Assembly: GCA_027923505.1 (NCBI GenBank)
Contig: BROI01000002.1
Coordinates: 62,001 to 126,000, forward strand
DNA length: 64,000 bases
Source: Mayamaea pseudoterrestris
Lineage: Eukaryota
Direction of reading: 5' to 3'
Below, in pieces: positions 24,078-35,712 of this stretch (its first letter is position 1; each line of letters begins with the position of its first letter). The notes beneath the pieces were generated by a model. That model saw only the letters and a program-made list of their open reading frames with translations, was not told the origin of the DNA and did not search any database. The position numbers were made by a program, and so were the translations under genes.

Positions 24078-24881
24078 ATGGATTTGGCGACGTTGCGACC
24101 ACTTCTCATTCGCACCTTGTACGCCCTTCAGCACTGTAGTCTTGTCCATAGAAATAGCAGATTGATGATGAGCAGCGCCATGTCTAATAACAGCGACTCT
24201 ACAAGCCAGACTGAATTTTGGCAAGCCGCCTTTGACGACAAGCAGTTAATGTGGGGACTCGAGCCATGCGAGTCTGCCATTTATGCAGCAGACTACTTTG
24301 CAAAACGATTCAAAAATGATGCAGGCTCGAGTAGTAGCAACGACGAGACTGAGAGAAAGAAGATTTTGATTCCCGGAATCGGCTATGGCCGAAACGCCAA
24401 GCCCTTTCTCAGCCACAACATGGTTGTCACTGGTATTGAGATTTCAAAGACGGCGATTGACCTGGCCCGCAGCAAGCTTGGTTTCTCCGAAGAGAAACTG
24501 CCAATTTACCATGGATCGGTCGAAGACATGCCCTTTAATCAAGAAACATATGACGGAATCTTTGTCTACGGCTTGATATACTTGCTGGACGCCACTGCTC
24601 GTCGCAAGCTCATTCAAGACTGCTACAACCAACTCCAGCCCGACGGCTACATGATATTCACCGTCATTTCCAAAAAGGCAGACTTTTACGGTCAAGGGAC
24701 GCCGCTGGGCGAAGACTATTTTGAGAGAATGCCCGGTTTGAAAATGTACTTTTACGATGCAAACTCGGTGGAGCGAGAGTTTGGATTGTTTGGATTAGTC
24801 GAGCAATCCGAAATGAACGAGCCGCACCACGGAAATGGCGCATTCTTTCCCTTCATCAATGTCGTCTGTCAGCGAAAGTAA
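24078..24881 (+). CDS. Class I SAM-dependent methyltransferase, bacterial-like
   Basis: ILIPGIGYGRNA, VTGIEIS, HGSVEDMPF, YDGIF; no introns. Confidence 0.85.
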   Translation: MDLATLRPLLIRTLYALQHCSLVHRNSRLMMSSAMSNNSDSTSQTEFWQAAFDDKQLMWGLEPCESAIYAADYFAKRFKNDAGSSSSNDETERKKILIPGIGYGRNAKPFLSHNMVVTGIEISKTAIDLARSKLGFSEEKLPIYHGSVEDMPFNQETYDGIFVYGLIYLLDATARRKLIQDCYNQLQPDGYMIFTVISKKADFYGQGTPLGEDYFERMPGLKMYFYDANSVEREFGLFGLVEQSEMNEPHHGNGAFFPFINVVCQRK

Positions 24882-24978
24882 CGTGGGCGGCAATGGAGTT
24901 GCATTGGCGAAGTATAAGAGGGACGAAGCGGCAATAGGCCATTATACATTGGGAATAAAAAAATAACATGCCTGCTCA

Positions 24979-26899
24979 CTATGATTCTTCAATATTTCTC
25001 TGCGGCTGATCCGGGTAGTCGGGCCATGGACGCATATCGTAGGAAGTCTTCCATGCGACTGGGATCACCAACGCCTCCTCATCAGCCTTTGCCGCTGCAG
25101 CTTTCTTCTTGTCGTCCTCGCTCATGCTAGGAAGTCGGAACAACTGCGACGAGACGGAAAAGTTCTTTCGCAAAAAGGCCGCCACAGCGTTTTTAGGTTC
25201 AGGCTTGCCAATGTTTGGATCGCGGCAATACTTGTAGACGAATGCGTGCGCCTCTTTCACGCGCGCAAGGTTTTCCGCTGGAACATTCTTCCAATCTTCC
25301 TCATAGTCCACTCCAGGTCTCAAAGGCAGTCCTGGCACAAAGCCCCAGCCACTGCGGCCCATTTTGTCAATGTTTTCGTCTGGACTGAGCTTGTCGTCCC
25401 ACTTTTCGCCATTCTTCTCAAAGGAATTGTAGCGCGCCTTGCCAAATTCGTACATGCCAAATGCCTTGATGCTATTGTAGATCCAAACAATCTGGTTGTG
25501 CTCCACAAAGTACTTGGACTCGCTCGCCTTTGGAAGTCCCTTCCACCATGTTTCCGGCCATATCTTGCCCAGAGCTTGCTCCCGCGCTTGGTCGAGGCGC
25601 TGCATCACCGCCTTGGTCTTTTTCAGCATTTCCGCCGACTGAGTCCCATGCAAGTACGCCTGCACGGCTGGATTGTCCAAGTCGGACGGACGTCCAGCAC
25701 CCACCGTGTAGGTGTGAATCTGCGGTACATTGTCATGCAGCTCATGGTGACTCCACAGCCAATGCGACTGAAACGACATGGGCTCATGCTCCGGCAGCGT
25801 CAAGGACCGCAACTGGCGTGATGGCGCATACAAGCGACCTCCCTTGTCAAAGGGACTAATGACGAAAATGCCCATTCCCTTGTTTTCCGCCAGTTTGATG
25901 CAATCGAGGTTGCCTTGTCCGTCGTGCCCGCCACCCGAGGCAGTATACGACCCAAAGTAGTGGTAGTGAAGGTTGACGTAGTCAAAGCAATCCTTGTTTA
26001 TGCATTCCAAAATGAGGTCTGTCGAGCCGTGCGTACTAAAGCCAATGTACTTAATTTTGCCCATCTTTTTGTACTTGTTAATGACAAACAAACAGTGTTT
26101 GCATTCGTCGGTAGCATTGTCGTTGCCTTCACCAAAGACCCAATCCATTTGCTCGGGACGATTCATGCCGTGAAAGGCAAACAAGTCGAGGTATTCAGTC
26201 TGCAAATTCTTGAGCGACGTTTTCAAAGCATTCTCGAACGCTTGAATATCCTTGTTGGGTGGTATTTTCGACTGAATGATCAAGTCTTCTCGCTTCGTTT
26301 GCTTTGTCAAGTAGAGTTGCTTGAGAGCGCAACCAATCTGCAGTTCACTGCAACCGTATCCTCGCGCCGTCTCAATGTGATTAATGCCATAGTCAATGAT
26401 TGCGGTCTTGAGAATCTGCAGCAGATTGTCCTGGCAGTCAGTTCCGACCATATTCTAAATGATGTAAACGGTGTGAGCAAAACCGTCAAAAAGAACATGT
26501 CTCAGCTTCCACCACCAGACCTACCATTTTATCAATCCTAGGACCCCATTCCTCCTGGAAGCGCATGCATCCGAGTGTGACAATCGGCATTTGCAAGTTG
26601 GAGGTGCGATTTCCAAACGATACCTTTGGCACCTTGATCTTTCCTGAAATGAGGAGCTTGGATTCCTCCAACAAGAGCTCAAGCGACTCCTCCAATGATA
26701 CAGTTTTAATTGCGTCTTCTGTACAACTGCAATCCACCAGCTCGACGAGTGAACGAATGCAGCGACCAGCCTTGAGCAGGCGATCGTTCGACGTGCCGAC
26801 AAATTCTGGCAAAGTCGAAGCAAAAAACTCCATGGCCACCTCCAAGTCACTGCCGGGAAATGCTGCCACAGCATCTCGAGCTGCCTTTTCGAGCGACAT
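24979..26899 (-). CDS. Aldo/keto reductase family protein; intron 26455-26524
   Basis: GINHIETARGYGCSE, SLKNLQTEYLDLFAFHG, IGFSTHG, ISPFDKGGRL. Confidence 0.88.
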
Positions 26900-27210
26900 G
26901 GTTTTGTAATGAATATAGTATGTTCAGCTTGTGCAAATGTACAGATTCGAAATGCGAAATGCAAAAGTGAGTGAGATTGTGGTTGTCGGAATCGATCGAT
27001 CGGTGCAGTGACGTCGGCGCCGCGCCGTCGCGGCTGCGGTCGTCGCTCCGGTTAGAATCATTTAGTCATTGCGAGTCATTTGCAGTCTTGCATGTGCTCT
27101 TTACCGTCATTCATGTTTTCTCCGGTTGAAACGTAAACATATGGAATGGTTTTGTAGGGCCCTAATGCAGATTATATTGAACTATACTTAGTACAAATAT
27201 GATTAACGCA

Positions 27211-28050
27211 TCAACAACAATTATTAGGCGAGATGGTGGGTGTACGTGACGGCGTGCGGCTGGGTGTTCTGGAAGGGGTCTGGCTCGGGGTCTTTGAAGG
27301 CGTGCGGCTCGGTGTTCTGGAGGGTGTCTTGCTTGGAGTCTTTGAAGGGAAACGTGACGGCGTGCGACTAGGTGTTCTCGACGGAGTCTTGCTTGGGGTC
27401 TTTGAAGGAAGACGCGAGGGCGAACGGCTGGGTGTTGTAGAAGGAGTTCTGCTCGGGGTCTTTGAGGGAAGACGCGACGGCGAGCGACTGGGTGTTCTGG
27501 AAGGAGTTCTGCTCGGGGACCTTGAAGGAAGACGCGACGGCGAGCGACTCGGTGTCCTTGACGGAGTCTTGCTCGGAGTCTGTGAAGGAAGACGCGACGG
27601 CGAGCGGCTGGGTGTTTTCGACGGAGTCTTGCTTGGGGTAGAGCTGGGCAACTTTGAAGGCGTGCGGCTCGGCGAGAGGCTGGGCATTGTGGTTGGCGTC
27701 TTGCTTGGAACCAAACTTGGAAAGTCCGTGGCGGTGCTCGGAGAGATGCTTGGAGTGACGCTTGGCGGAGTAGAAGCAAGCTCACAAGTTAAGTCAGCCT
27801 CTTTCGTCGTGCTTAGAAACTTTTTCTTGATATCCTGACACTTCGGGCTGGGTTTTGTCGGACATTTCTTCTTATTACAGTAGTCGTCACAGAGTTTGTA
27901 AGCGCTGGTCCCCTGGTAAGGGAGGCATGGGTTAGGCATTTGACCCTTGCTGCCCTTGATGCCCTTGCTGCCCATGGCGTTCATTCCCATGCCCTTTCCA
28001 GACACCATGGCACACATGAGTGCAAAGATCGTCGAGCGCAATACCATCAT
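27211..28050 (-). CDS. Secreted protein: KG-rich leader, 6-Cys domain, PS(R/K)(T/S) tetrapeptide stalk
   Basis: Signal peptide MMVLRSTIFALMCAMVSG; long run of PSxx units; C-terminal PNNCC. Confidence 0.8.
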   Translation of the reverse strand: MMVLRSTIFALMCAMVSGKGMGMNAMGSKGIKGSKGQMPNPCLPYQGTSAYKLCDDYCNKKKCPTKPSPKCQDIKKKFLSTTKEADLTCELASTPPSVTPSISPSTATDFPSLVPSKTPTTMPSLSPSRTPSKLPSSTPSKTPSKTPSRSPSRLPSQTPSKTPSRTPSRSPSRLPSRSPSRTPSRTPSRSPSRLPSKTPSRTPSTTPSRSPSRLPSKTPSKTPSRTPSRTPSRFPSKTPSKTPSRTPSRTPSKTPSQTPSRTPSRTPSRTPTISPNNCC

Positions 28051-29631
28051 TTTGCAACAAGTGTCTTTGCAAGTGTTTTGTGATTCCAAATAATGATGGC
28101 GAACGGCGCAGCTTTTGTTAGTTTGTGGTCGGTCGAACGTTGTTGATAAGATTTCGCACGATCGGATCCTTACAAGGCACGATCGATTTGCGTGTGTTTC
28201 CGTGTCAAATGAGTCTAATTGGTGGTGATATTGAAGTACGATCAAATCATTGACGACCAACGTCATTATTATTTTTTGATATCTTGTTCGCTGCGATGAC
28301 CGATGACTCGTTCATCCATCGTTGTGCCCCCTGCACCCCCTTTATAATGCAAACATTAGACTCCTCCGGCCGATTGATCACACTGCACGACCATGACGCA
28401 TCATGGTGGGCGGATGGCACCGCCACTATCTTTTTGAAGCTTCTTGTTAGGTTCTCTTTCGTCTGCTGGCACTGCCATTGGCGGCATTGCAGCGTGTAGC
28501 GTGTCATTTGTCATTGGTCTGCAGCAGAGCAGCAGAAATTGTCGCCCGGTGAGCTCACCATAAATATTGGCAAGGCAATGACAAGCATCGGCGACGTGAC
28601 ATTGATATAGGAAATGTTAAAGACGCCATGTCCTTAACACAAGGTAGAGGAATCTTTCCCATACAACCAGACCAGCTTGGCATTTTGATTCCGACCAACA
28701 ATTATCTGAGTCAATACGACGAATCTGATGGAGAGTGTCTTGCTTCGTTAAAGGAAGCAAGCGAGTGTAAATGTGCAACGTGAGTTACGCGGTAAAAATG
28801 AACGCGTGGGACTTACCTTTTGCATCGACGTCATCTTTTTAATACAAAGGCGCATTCTCAGACCCTTCGGACAACCGAGAGGCTTACCGTAGTTGTGCTG
28901 GTATATATATTGTATCGGAAAATAACGGAGCTTGGCTCATCGTTTCCCTTCGGTGATTTAAGGTTATTACAAGGAGAAGGACAAGCTGCTCTATTGTGGT
29001 ACGTTTAAACTGAACACAAATCGATTGCTCTTTGAGTGATTCAGTGTTGACCGCGAGTTACTTGTTGGCATCAATGTCTCGCGTTGCATGGCGATGCGCT
29101 GGCAATGTTTCAGCTGTCGCATTGTTTGTGATGGGAAGTATATTTCTGTTGCGAGGCGACATAAAAGGCGTCATGGACCACTACTTTATCCGTATGTACG
29201 GGAGTCAGCCACAAACTCATCTTCCATCGAACCTGTGCTACCTAACGGGAGCGTTGGCCTGTGACCTTTTGATATCAAGAGTTCCCTCCGCCGCAGCGGA
29301 GCTCAAAGTCAAGCCCACATAGTGAAGGGACCTTTTTCGTGGCGCTTACGTAGAGCAGACGCAGAATGTAACCGCCGTTGACGATTTATGACATTAGCAT
29401 GACAATTCTGAGTAATCGACAATGATCTTGGTACACTACCAGTAGCTACTCTGCTGTTTCGCTTGTCACTTCAACTTGAGTACCGATCCGACTTTTGCAT
29501 CATCTGTCACGCGTCGAAATCGGAATGGAATTGCCTTCTTCCATGCGGCTCCAAGCAGTTGCCGACCATGTGCTTGGCAACGCAGCGGACGGAGAACGAT
29601 TTGCAGTAAACACTTTCCTCGCAACACTCTG

Positions 29632-31746
29632 ATGGAGCAAGAGGCCATGGATAGCAGCGACCAGCAGGACAATGCGTCCTTTAGCTCGGATGAACCTTCC
29701 ATCCTTGCGTCGGCTCCTTCCACGCCCCTTCGAGTCTTGTTGCCAAGCGGCTCGAAACTTTACGAAAACAATAATGACTACTGCTTTTCGGAACTGGACA
29801 TGGAGACGCTGGATGAGGACGCGTTCTACGTGCTCATGATCATATGGCGCGTTATCGTTGGTCTCGCTGGACTACTGGATTGCCTTGCGGGTTTGGTTTC
29901 CTCCTTTCTTCCCACCGAGCACAAGTATATTGCGAGCGTGACGTGGCTGCAAGTTCACAGCAATCGAATTGGAATGGTATTTTCCTTGTTTTGGTTCTGT
30001 GATGCAATTCTGTCAGCTTTTCACAAGCAAAAGGATGAGCGACTGCGCAACGAAGAATTGCGACGACTGGATGCATCGACCGCGCCGCCACCGGAGCGGA
30101 GCAAGTATTTTGGTGTATACATGCTCTTTGCTCGACTAATTTTGCTGCAGGCTCTTGTACTACCAGTCGGCTTTTACATTTCATTTTATCGCTTGCTACT
30201 CAAGCTGACGAATCAGCCTCTCTGGGACGAAACAACGGATCCCATTGTCGTTGTGCATCACGAGGGACGGGGCGACCGGAGCGAAAACACAACGGCGCTA
30301 GCGACGGATACCATTTTATCTGGTACCATTCTAATTGTCCGCCACGTTTGGATTCGACTCTCGCATCTGGCTGCCAAGCGCATGTCGAAAGGACGCGCTC
30401 GATTGATTCGCAAAGTCCTTGTGTTACTCATTCAACTCTTTTTTCAGAATCCACTTTTGCTGCACAAGCGCATCAAAATGACGCAAGTGTTTTTGAGCTG
30501 GGGAACCAACGTGGCTCGCGTCGCGGAGCGACTCAATGAGCTCATGATTAAAACCATGACGGTCAAGGTGAACGTTTCGCAGTGGTGGCACTCGAAACTG
30601 GCGCAACGAGCGCGGCGGAAATTAAGACGAACTCTGTCCATGGACTCTTTGAAGGAATATAATGCCACGTTGGCGCAGTCAGTTGTGCGACGATTTTTGG
30701 CGCAGCAACAAGTGGGGCAACGGAGGTTGGAGATGGAAATGAAGCATGATGCAGCCATCAAAGTGCAGGCTTGCTTTCGTCGTCTTTTATGGAAGGTTCG
30801 ATTTCGCAAGCAGTCAGAGGCGCGCAAAATCAACGACATGGAAGTGGAAGAGTTGCCGGCAACGTTGGAACGCTCCGTCAAGTATCGCAAAGTGCTGTTT
30901 GAGCTCGACTCGGAAATGAAGCGCGACGTATCGACGCTTATCAATGAGAAAATGATTATTGCGCCGAACAATGCATTTTCGGTTGCTTGGGGATTGCTGG
31001 CGATGTTTGCTGTGCTCTCCGAGGCCACGGGTCTTACGATTGATCCCATTCTGGCGGAGCGAGCGCGATCCGACAAGGACTTGCCTGCAAGCTTCAAGGA
31101 CTTGGTCCTCAAGCACCTGATACCGATCGCAGTGTCCGAGCACCCTCAATGCCAGGTTCGCAAGGAGCGTAAGTTTCTGCAGTCATTCATGCCGTTTTTC
31201 CATCACTTGACGAAGCGACCGTCGCCTGGTCCTTTGCCATGGTGGTGCCACCACTCGACGTTTGCCAACGTGCAAGGAATGTATTTGACGCTGGCCACAT
31301 GGCTCATCCACAACTATACAAAGATTATTGGGACTATTCTCTTTTGGGACGTTTTCGTCACCTTTTTCACCGGAAAGTTTGATATAGACACTGGAGAACT
31401 GCGTCCTCTGAGGTTTATTCGCCGTTGGATTGTTCCTGGAATCGTATTTCAGTTTATTGTCAACCCGCACATGGAGCCGGCAGTGACCAAGCTTCGTCTT
31501 TTAGCAATCTTCATGGTTCACCGAGGCGTACTGCGAGTATACCAGTGGTGCGTTGTTTCGTTGTATCCCTTGCTTCGACTCTGCGTTGTTGGTGTCAACC
31601 GATTAAGACGACGCCTGTCCAAGACCAAGACTGCTTCGTCGCCTCGCTTTAGCGATCGAAGCATCAAAGCACCAGCCGACAAGGAGGATGCTATTGAGGA
31701 TGCAGAGGCAATACTAGTTGCCGACGCAAGGGGGCCGGTGTCCTGA
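29632..31746 (+). CDS. Multi-pass membrane protein with IQ-like calmodulin-binding motifs
   Basis: AQSVVRRFLAQ, AAIKVQACFRR; channel-like segment WDVFVTFFTG. Confidence 0.65.
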   Translation: MEQEAMDSSDQQDNASFSSDEPSILASAPSTPLRVLLPSGSKLYENNNDYCFSELDMETLDEDAFYVLMIIWRVIVGLAGLLDCLAGLVSSFLPTEHKYIASVTWLQVHSNRIGMVFSLFWFCDAILSAFHKQKDERLRNEELRRLDASTAPPPERSKYFGVYMLFARLILLQALVLPVGFYISFYRLLLKLTNQPLWDETTDPIVVVHHEGRGDRSENTTALATDTILSGTILIVRHVWIRLSHLAAKRMSKGRARLIRKVLVLLIQLFFQNPLLLHKRIKMTQVFLSWGTNVARVAERLNELMIKTMTVKVNVSQWWHSKLAQRARRKLRRTLSMDSLKEYNATLAQSVVRRFLAQQQVGQRRLEMEMKHDAAIKVQACFRRLLWKVRFRKQSEARKINDMEVEELPATLERSVKYRKVLFELDSEMKRDVSTLINEKMIIAPNNAFSVAWGLLAMFAVLSEATGLTIDPILAERARSDKDLPASFKDLVLKHLIPIAVSEHPQCQVRKERKFLQSFMPFFHHLTKRPSPGPLPWWCHHSTFANVQGMYLTLATWLIHNYTKIIGTILFWDVFVTFFTGKFDIDTGELRPLRFIRRWIVPGIVFQFIVNPHMEPAVTKLRLLAIFMVHRGVLRVYQWCVVSLYPLLRLCVVGVNRLRRRLSKTKTASSPRFSDRSIKAPADKEDAIEDAEAILVADARGPVS

Positions 31747-31947
31747 CAAGGCCTAGACATAAAAAACGGGAAAGTGTGTAACTGTCGACTGTGAAAAGGT
31801 AGTCGTTACAAGACTTCTTTGCACCAGACAGAAACAGATAGATTGCCGTACGCGAAAAAATATACGTGCAATATGAAGGCATATAAAAAAATAATACTTG
31901 CTAGCTACTATATATATACTCGTGAATAATATAATCAACATAATATT

Positions 31948-33264
31948 TTAGACTTTACTCGGTTTCTTCTTTGTCTTGGTTTTACCAGAAAACTGCGGCG
32001 CCGTCGACTTTAGCACTGGCATGGGTGCCTCCAACGCCGCGCAAAAATCTGGCAGGTTTGGATAATTGGCCGGCAAGACTTCCGGGGCTGGCGGAGGAAA
32101 CTGCGCCCAAACGTTGGTGCCAGGCGGGTTTGCCGTCGATGGGTCTTGTCCTTCGGGTGGATCCACCAAACTGTTGATCGAGCCAGTGAATCGGGGTATT
32201 AGAGACGTTGCATTACTGCTATCAATTGGATTCGCAACCTTGTGAACGCTCCATTGAATCGAGTCAGCGTTTTCGTCGCCAACCGTCGCAACTAGACTTG
32301 CCACGCAGCATGGAGCTGGCGTTGCTCCCGACAATTCCGGCACAACACTCTGCATGGCGGCAGCCGGCACAACGAGAATGATTGTATCACATCCGACTCT
32401 TCGCGCCGCCAACACGGCTTGCTTGAGGTAGGGTTCCGCCGTTTGCTCCCACTCCTTGTAGTGTTGCTTGGGGTTTGAAACACCCTTGCGAGGCGTGAGC
32501 ATGTACCTTTTCGGTTCCGCCATGTCAATCAGCAAGTTACACTTTGGCACCATTGCCGCCAATGACCATGGATTGTTGGAATCATCATTAGTCATGCGCA
32601 AGTATTGCACCGCCGTCACTTGGTGTAGCTTTTGGCCATTTGCGTCGCGCGCCTCGTCCCACTCGTCGATGCGTTTGGCAGTTTTGAGCTTGATGCGTTG
32701 AAAGCACTTCATCATGGGAGCATTGGGTCGGCCGTCGTTGAACTTGTGGGCCGCGCAGTGCAGTAGACCAGCGTCAACGACGCACCGATAACCAGCGAGG
32801 CGCTGGATTTGCGCGTCGCCGTTGCACAAGCCATTCAATACAACGATGGGAATGGCGGCTGGCGCCGTGGCAGCGTCAAATGTCGATAAGCGAAAGCTCA
32901 ATACATTGCTGGGTACATTGGGAACGTCGGCGCAGGAAAGCATCAAGGCTGTTGCAGCGCAGGTGCGCAGGGGAGCGCAAAAGACGGCGACTTTTCTCTG
33001 GCTGGATATAGCATTCGATGCAAGTGCCTTGACGACTAGAGTCATGGCATTTTGCGCTTGCTCGAAACCATATTCCGTCAATTCCGGATCGACGCGAACA
33101 CTGAGCGTCTTTTGGTTTTGGTCGCGGCCTCGTTCGTCGGCTGCTTGGTCTTGAATGTAGGCGGCGAAATCGGCTTCGACGGAAACATCCGAGCAGTCGA
33201 GATTGTTGGAGGCTTCGTCTTCCGATTCAGCGTTTCTCACGAGAATGACAGTAAGTTGAGGCAT
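31948..33264 (-). CDS. Divergent histidine-phosphatase (PGM)-fold protein
   Basis: VILVRNAESE, DPELTEYGFEQA, FCAPLRTCAATA; catalytic His replaced by Asn. Confidence 0.6.
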   Translation of the reverse strand: MPQLTVILVRNAESEDEASNNLDCSDVSVEADFAAYIQDQAADERGRDQNQKTLSVRVDPELTEYGFEQAQNAMTLVVKALASNAISSQRKVAVFCAPLRTCAATALMLSCADVPNVPSNVLSFRLSTFDAATAPAAIPIVVLNGLCNGDAQIQRLAGYRCVVDAGLLHCAAHKFNDGRPNAPMMKCFQRIKLKTAKRIDEWDEARDANGQKLHQVTAVQYLRMTNDDSNNPWSLAAMVPKCNLLIDMAEPKRYMLTPRKGVSNPKQHYKEWEQTAEPYLKQAVLAARRVGCDTIILVVPAAAMQSVVPELSGATPAPCCVASLVATVGDENADSIQWSVHKVANPIDSSNATSLIPRFTGSINSLVDPPEGQDPSTANPPGTNVWAQFPPPAPEVLPANYPNLPDFCAALEAPMPVLKSTAPQFSGKTKTKKKPSKV

Positions 33265-33514
33265 TCTTGTAGCAGTATATGACGTATCGCGTATCACAGT
33301 GCTTGCATGATACCAGTAGGAGCAAGATGCGAAAGGGTCATCATGATGGTGGTTCTTAGTCGGGTTGTCGCGATCAATGTCACGTGTCGGTGTGGTACTT
33401 AAAGGCGTCGGTCCGGTCCTTGATCGTTTTTCCCTCGGTTTCTGGCGAGCCTTTACTCATTGCGCACAACAATAGCATGATAGATCATACCAGTATTATA
33501 CACGAAACTCTTAT

Positions 33515-33579
33515 AGAATAGCCGTTAGTTTGTAAGTCGCTACTAATAGAATAGTTGTTAGTTTGTAAGTCGCTACTAA
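33515..33579. repeat. 33-bp tandem duplication (agaatag..gttagtttgtaagtcgctactaa x2)
   Basis: Seen directly, downstream of HSP20. Confidence 0.8.
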
Positions 33580-33713
33580 GGAACTTTGGTGTACATCTCT
33601 ACCACTAGCATCAAATAACAAGCTTTAAAAATCATTCAATCGTGTAAATTTAAATAAACAGCGCGAACAAAATCAATGAAAATCATGTAAACGAAACGCA
33701 ACTTGTACCATGA

Positions 33714-34817
33714 TTACGCCACCGGATACTCCTTAGTTGGTCCACCCGTGTCATTCTTGTGATCCGCCAAAACGTATCGCGTGTTTTCATGGGGAATCTC
33801 GGTGCGATGCTTGCTGCCACCTTGGTTCGAGGTTGAGGACGTGGCAGCTGCTGGATCACGCGGAAAGTCCGTCGTCTCGACGGGTAATTCATGCACTCCA
33901 GTCTCGTCGTTCGTTTCGACTGGTATCTCATGCACTCCAGTCTCGTCGCTTGCATCCACTCCGCTGGAAATTGACGACGACGACGCATGAGGATTCTCCG
34001 TAATGGGAATGCCCGGGCGCTGGGCCATTTCCTGCGGAACCTTGGGAGCCTTGACCACCAGCAAGCCGTTGTGTAAATTAGCAGTAATGTTCTCCACGTC
34101 AATATCGTTTCCAATCATGAAACTCTTTTCAAAGTAGCGACGGACTCGGCCGCCATTTTCCTCCGTTTCGCGCTGGCCCGTAATATGGAGGCAAGTGCCC
34201 TCATCCTCCATGTCAACCACCATGTCCGATGCTCGCATGCCCTTTGGAACCTCCACTGCAATCTCATATTCCTTGTCATTCTCCTTGATCTCATAGCCAG
34301 GCGACGATCGAATCAGCTGCGCCATGCTTGGATCGAACGCATCCGCCAAGTCGCGGTTGAGCATGCTCATCAAATCGTTCCGACGACGCATCATGGACGG
34401 AAACAAGTCGCGCGGAAACATGTCCTCGAACCCTCCAAAGAGCGGACGCGGCGAAAACAATCCACTATCCCACAGAGAGCTGTTCATGAGCGGCGACAAC
34501 CAAACGTCTTGGTCGCGACGGCCGCGAGCGCGCGACGGTTCCTGGTTGTTGGTCAAGGTGCCACTTGGCGCGGGTGACTGTGTGAGTTTGTGCTTGCCCA
34601 CTTCGATCGAGTCGCTCTCGTCAAATTCGTCTGAAAAAGACTTTTCGTAGAGCTCCTCGTCAGCGCGAGTGGAAGTGGACTTGGTTTGTGTGGAGAAGGC
34701 ACTGCGCTGGTAGTCCGAAAATGTCGCGGCGGCGGGCCGGGTGGCACGAGCGATTGCCGCAGCCTTTGGAGCAGCAGCAACAAGTCGAGCAAGGTTGGTA
34801 AGCATGATGGATTGCAT
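33714..34817 (-). CDS. Small heat-shock protein (HSP20), probably mitochondrial
   Basis: Alpha-crystallin domain (EVPKGM...ITANLHNGLLVVKAPK); Arg/Ala/Ser-rich presequence. Confidence 0.9.
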   Translation of the reverse strand: MQSIMLTNLARLVAAAPKAAAIARATRPAAATFSDYQRSAFSTQTKSTSTRADEELYEKSFSDEFDESDSIEVGKHKLTQSPAPSGTLTNNQEPSRARGRRDQDVWLSPLMNSSLWDSGLFSPRPLFGGFEDMFPRDLFPSMMRRRNDLMSMLNRDLADAFDPSMAQLIRSSPGYEIKENDKEYEIAVEVPKGMRASDMVVDMEDEGTCLHITGQRETEENGGRVRRYFEKSFMIGNDIDVENITANLHNGLLVVKAPKVPQEMAQRPGIPITENPHASSSSISSGVDASDETGVHEIPVETNDETGVHELPVETTDFPRDPAAATSSTSNQGGSKHRTEIPHENTRYVLADHKNDTGGPTKEYPVA

Positions 34818-35195
34818 GTTGACTCACTGTCAGTTGCGATTATGGTCTTGCTTGCGGATAGGATGGATCTTTGCAGTGTGCATTGCGAATCGCGTACTGC
34901 TGATTCGCTCACTCGTCACGTTCTCTGAATTCGCTTCTCATCGCTCGACTCGATCGAGTTCGGAGATGGCAGTCGCACTGAGTGGCAGTGCGATTATGCA
35001 CTTCTAATTCAAATCGTCTCCAGAACTGCAATAAAAGCGCATAAGAGTAGAAACATGCGTATGATAATCATTTTTGATTTATGAATGAATGCCAAGATAG
35101 CAAAAAATGATATAAGCATATTATACGTAGAAAAAAAGCAAAAAAGAGAATCCAACAACAGTGATTATATGACCACAAAGCGACTCCGCAATTGT

Positions 35196-35268
35196 GACTC
35201 TATGGCGCAATTGGCAGCGCATCGGATTCCAGACCCGAAGGTTGTCGGTTCGAGTCCCTCTGGGGTCA
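35196..35268 (+). tRNA. tRNA-Trp(CCA), intronless, T-stem disrupted (possible pseudogene)
   Basis: Cloverleaf GACTCTA..TGGGGTCA, loop TTCCAGA, T-stem GTCGG/CCCTC has 2 mismatches; TTTT follows. Confidence 0.85.
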
Positions 35269-35712
35269 CCTCTTTTGTCCCTTTGCGAAAGGTTGCTTGT
35301 TCCTTTTTGTCTTGCGTAGTAACTGGGCCTGCAGGCGACGTGCAAAAACGTTTTCTTGGACCTCCAGTGAGTCTGCTCTATCCAATATTCTTCCTTTGTC
35401 CTCACCATTGTCATTCTTTTATGTAGAAGTACTTTTTATCAACATAAAGCATTTGTTGAGGAGGGTGGAAAGGGTACAATCCAGCATTCACTGTCAATTC
35501 CCATACTCTGCTCTACCTAAGCAAGTGTAAGGTCAGAGGTTCAATTCTATGCAGACCTTTTTGCTTTTTCCCTTATCTACACTGGGAATGCCATTTTTAA
35601 TTCTATGATCACACATTTGTGGGCTTAAGAGGTGGTAGGATCAATGGTTTTACTAAGCCTGCAACAACTTTTGCATACTCTGTTATGTGCACAAACATTG
35701 CCAAACAAGGAT

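Noticed and set aside
34915..35030. Heat-shock elements upstream of HSP20
   Set aside because: TTC and GAA triplets are present but not in canonical nGAAnnTTCn spacing
35085..35530. Short ORFs overlapping the tRNA copies (also 40064-40479)
   Set aside because: Incidental frames across tRNA and repeat DNA with no protein features
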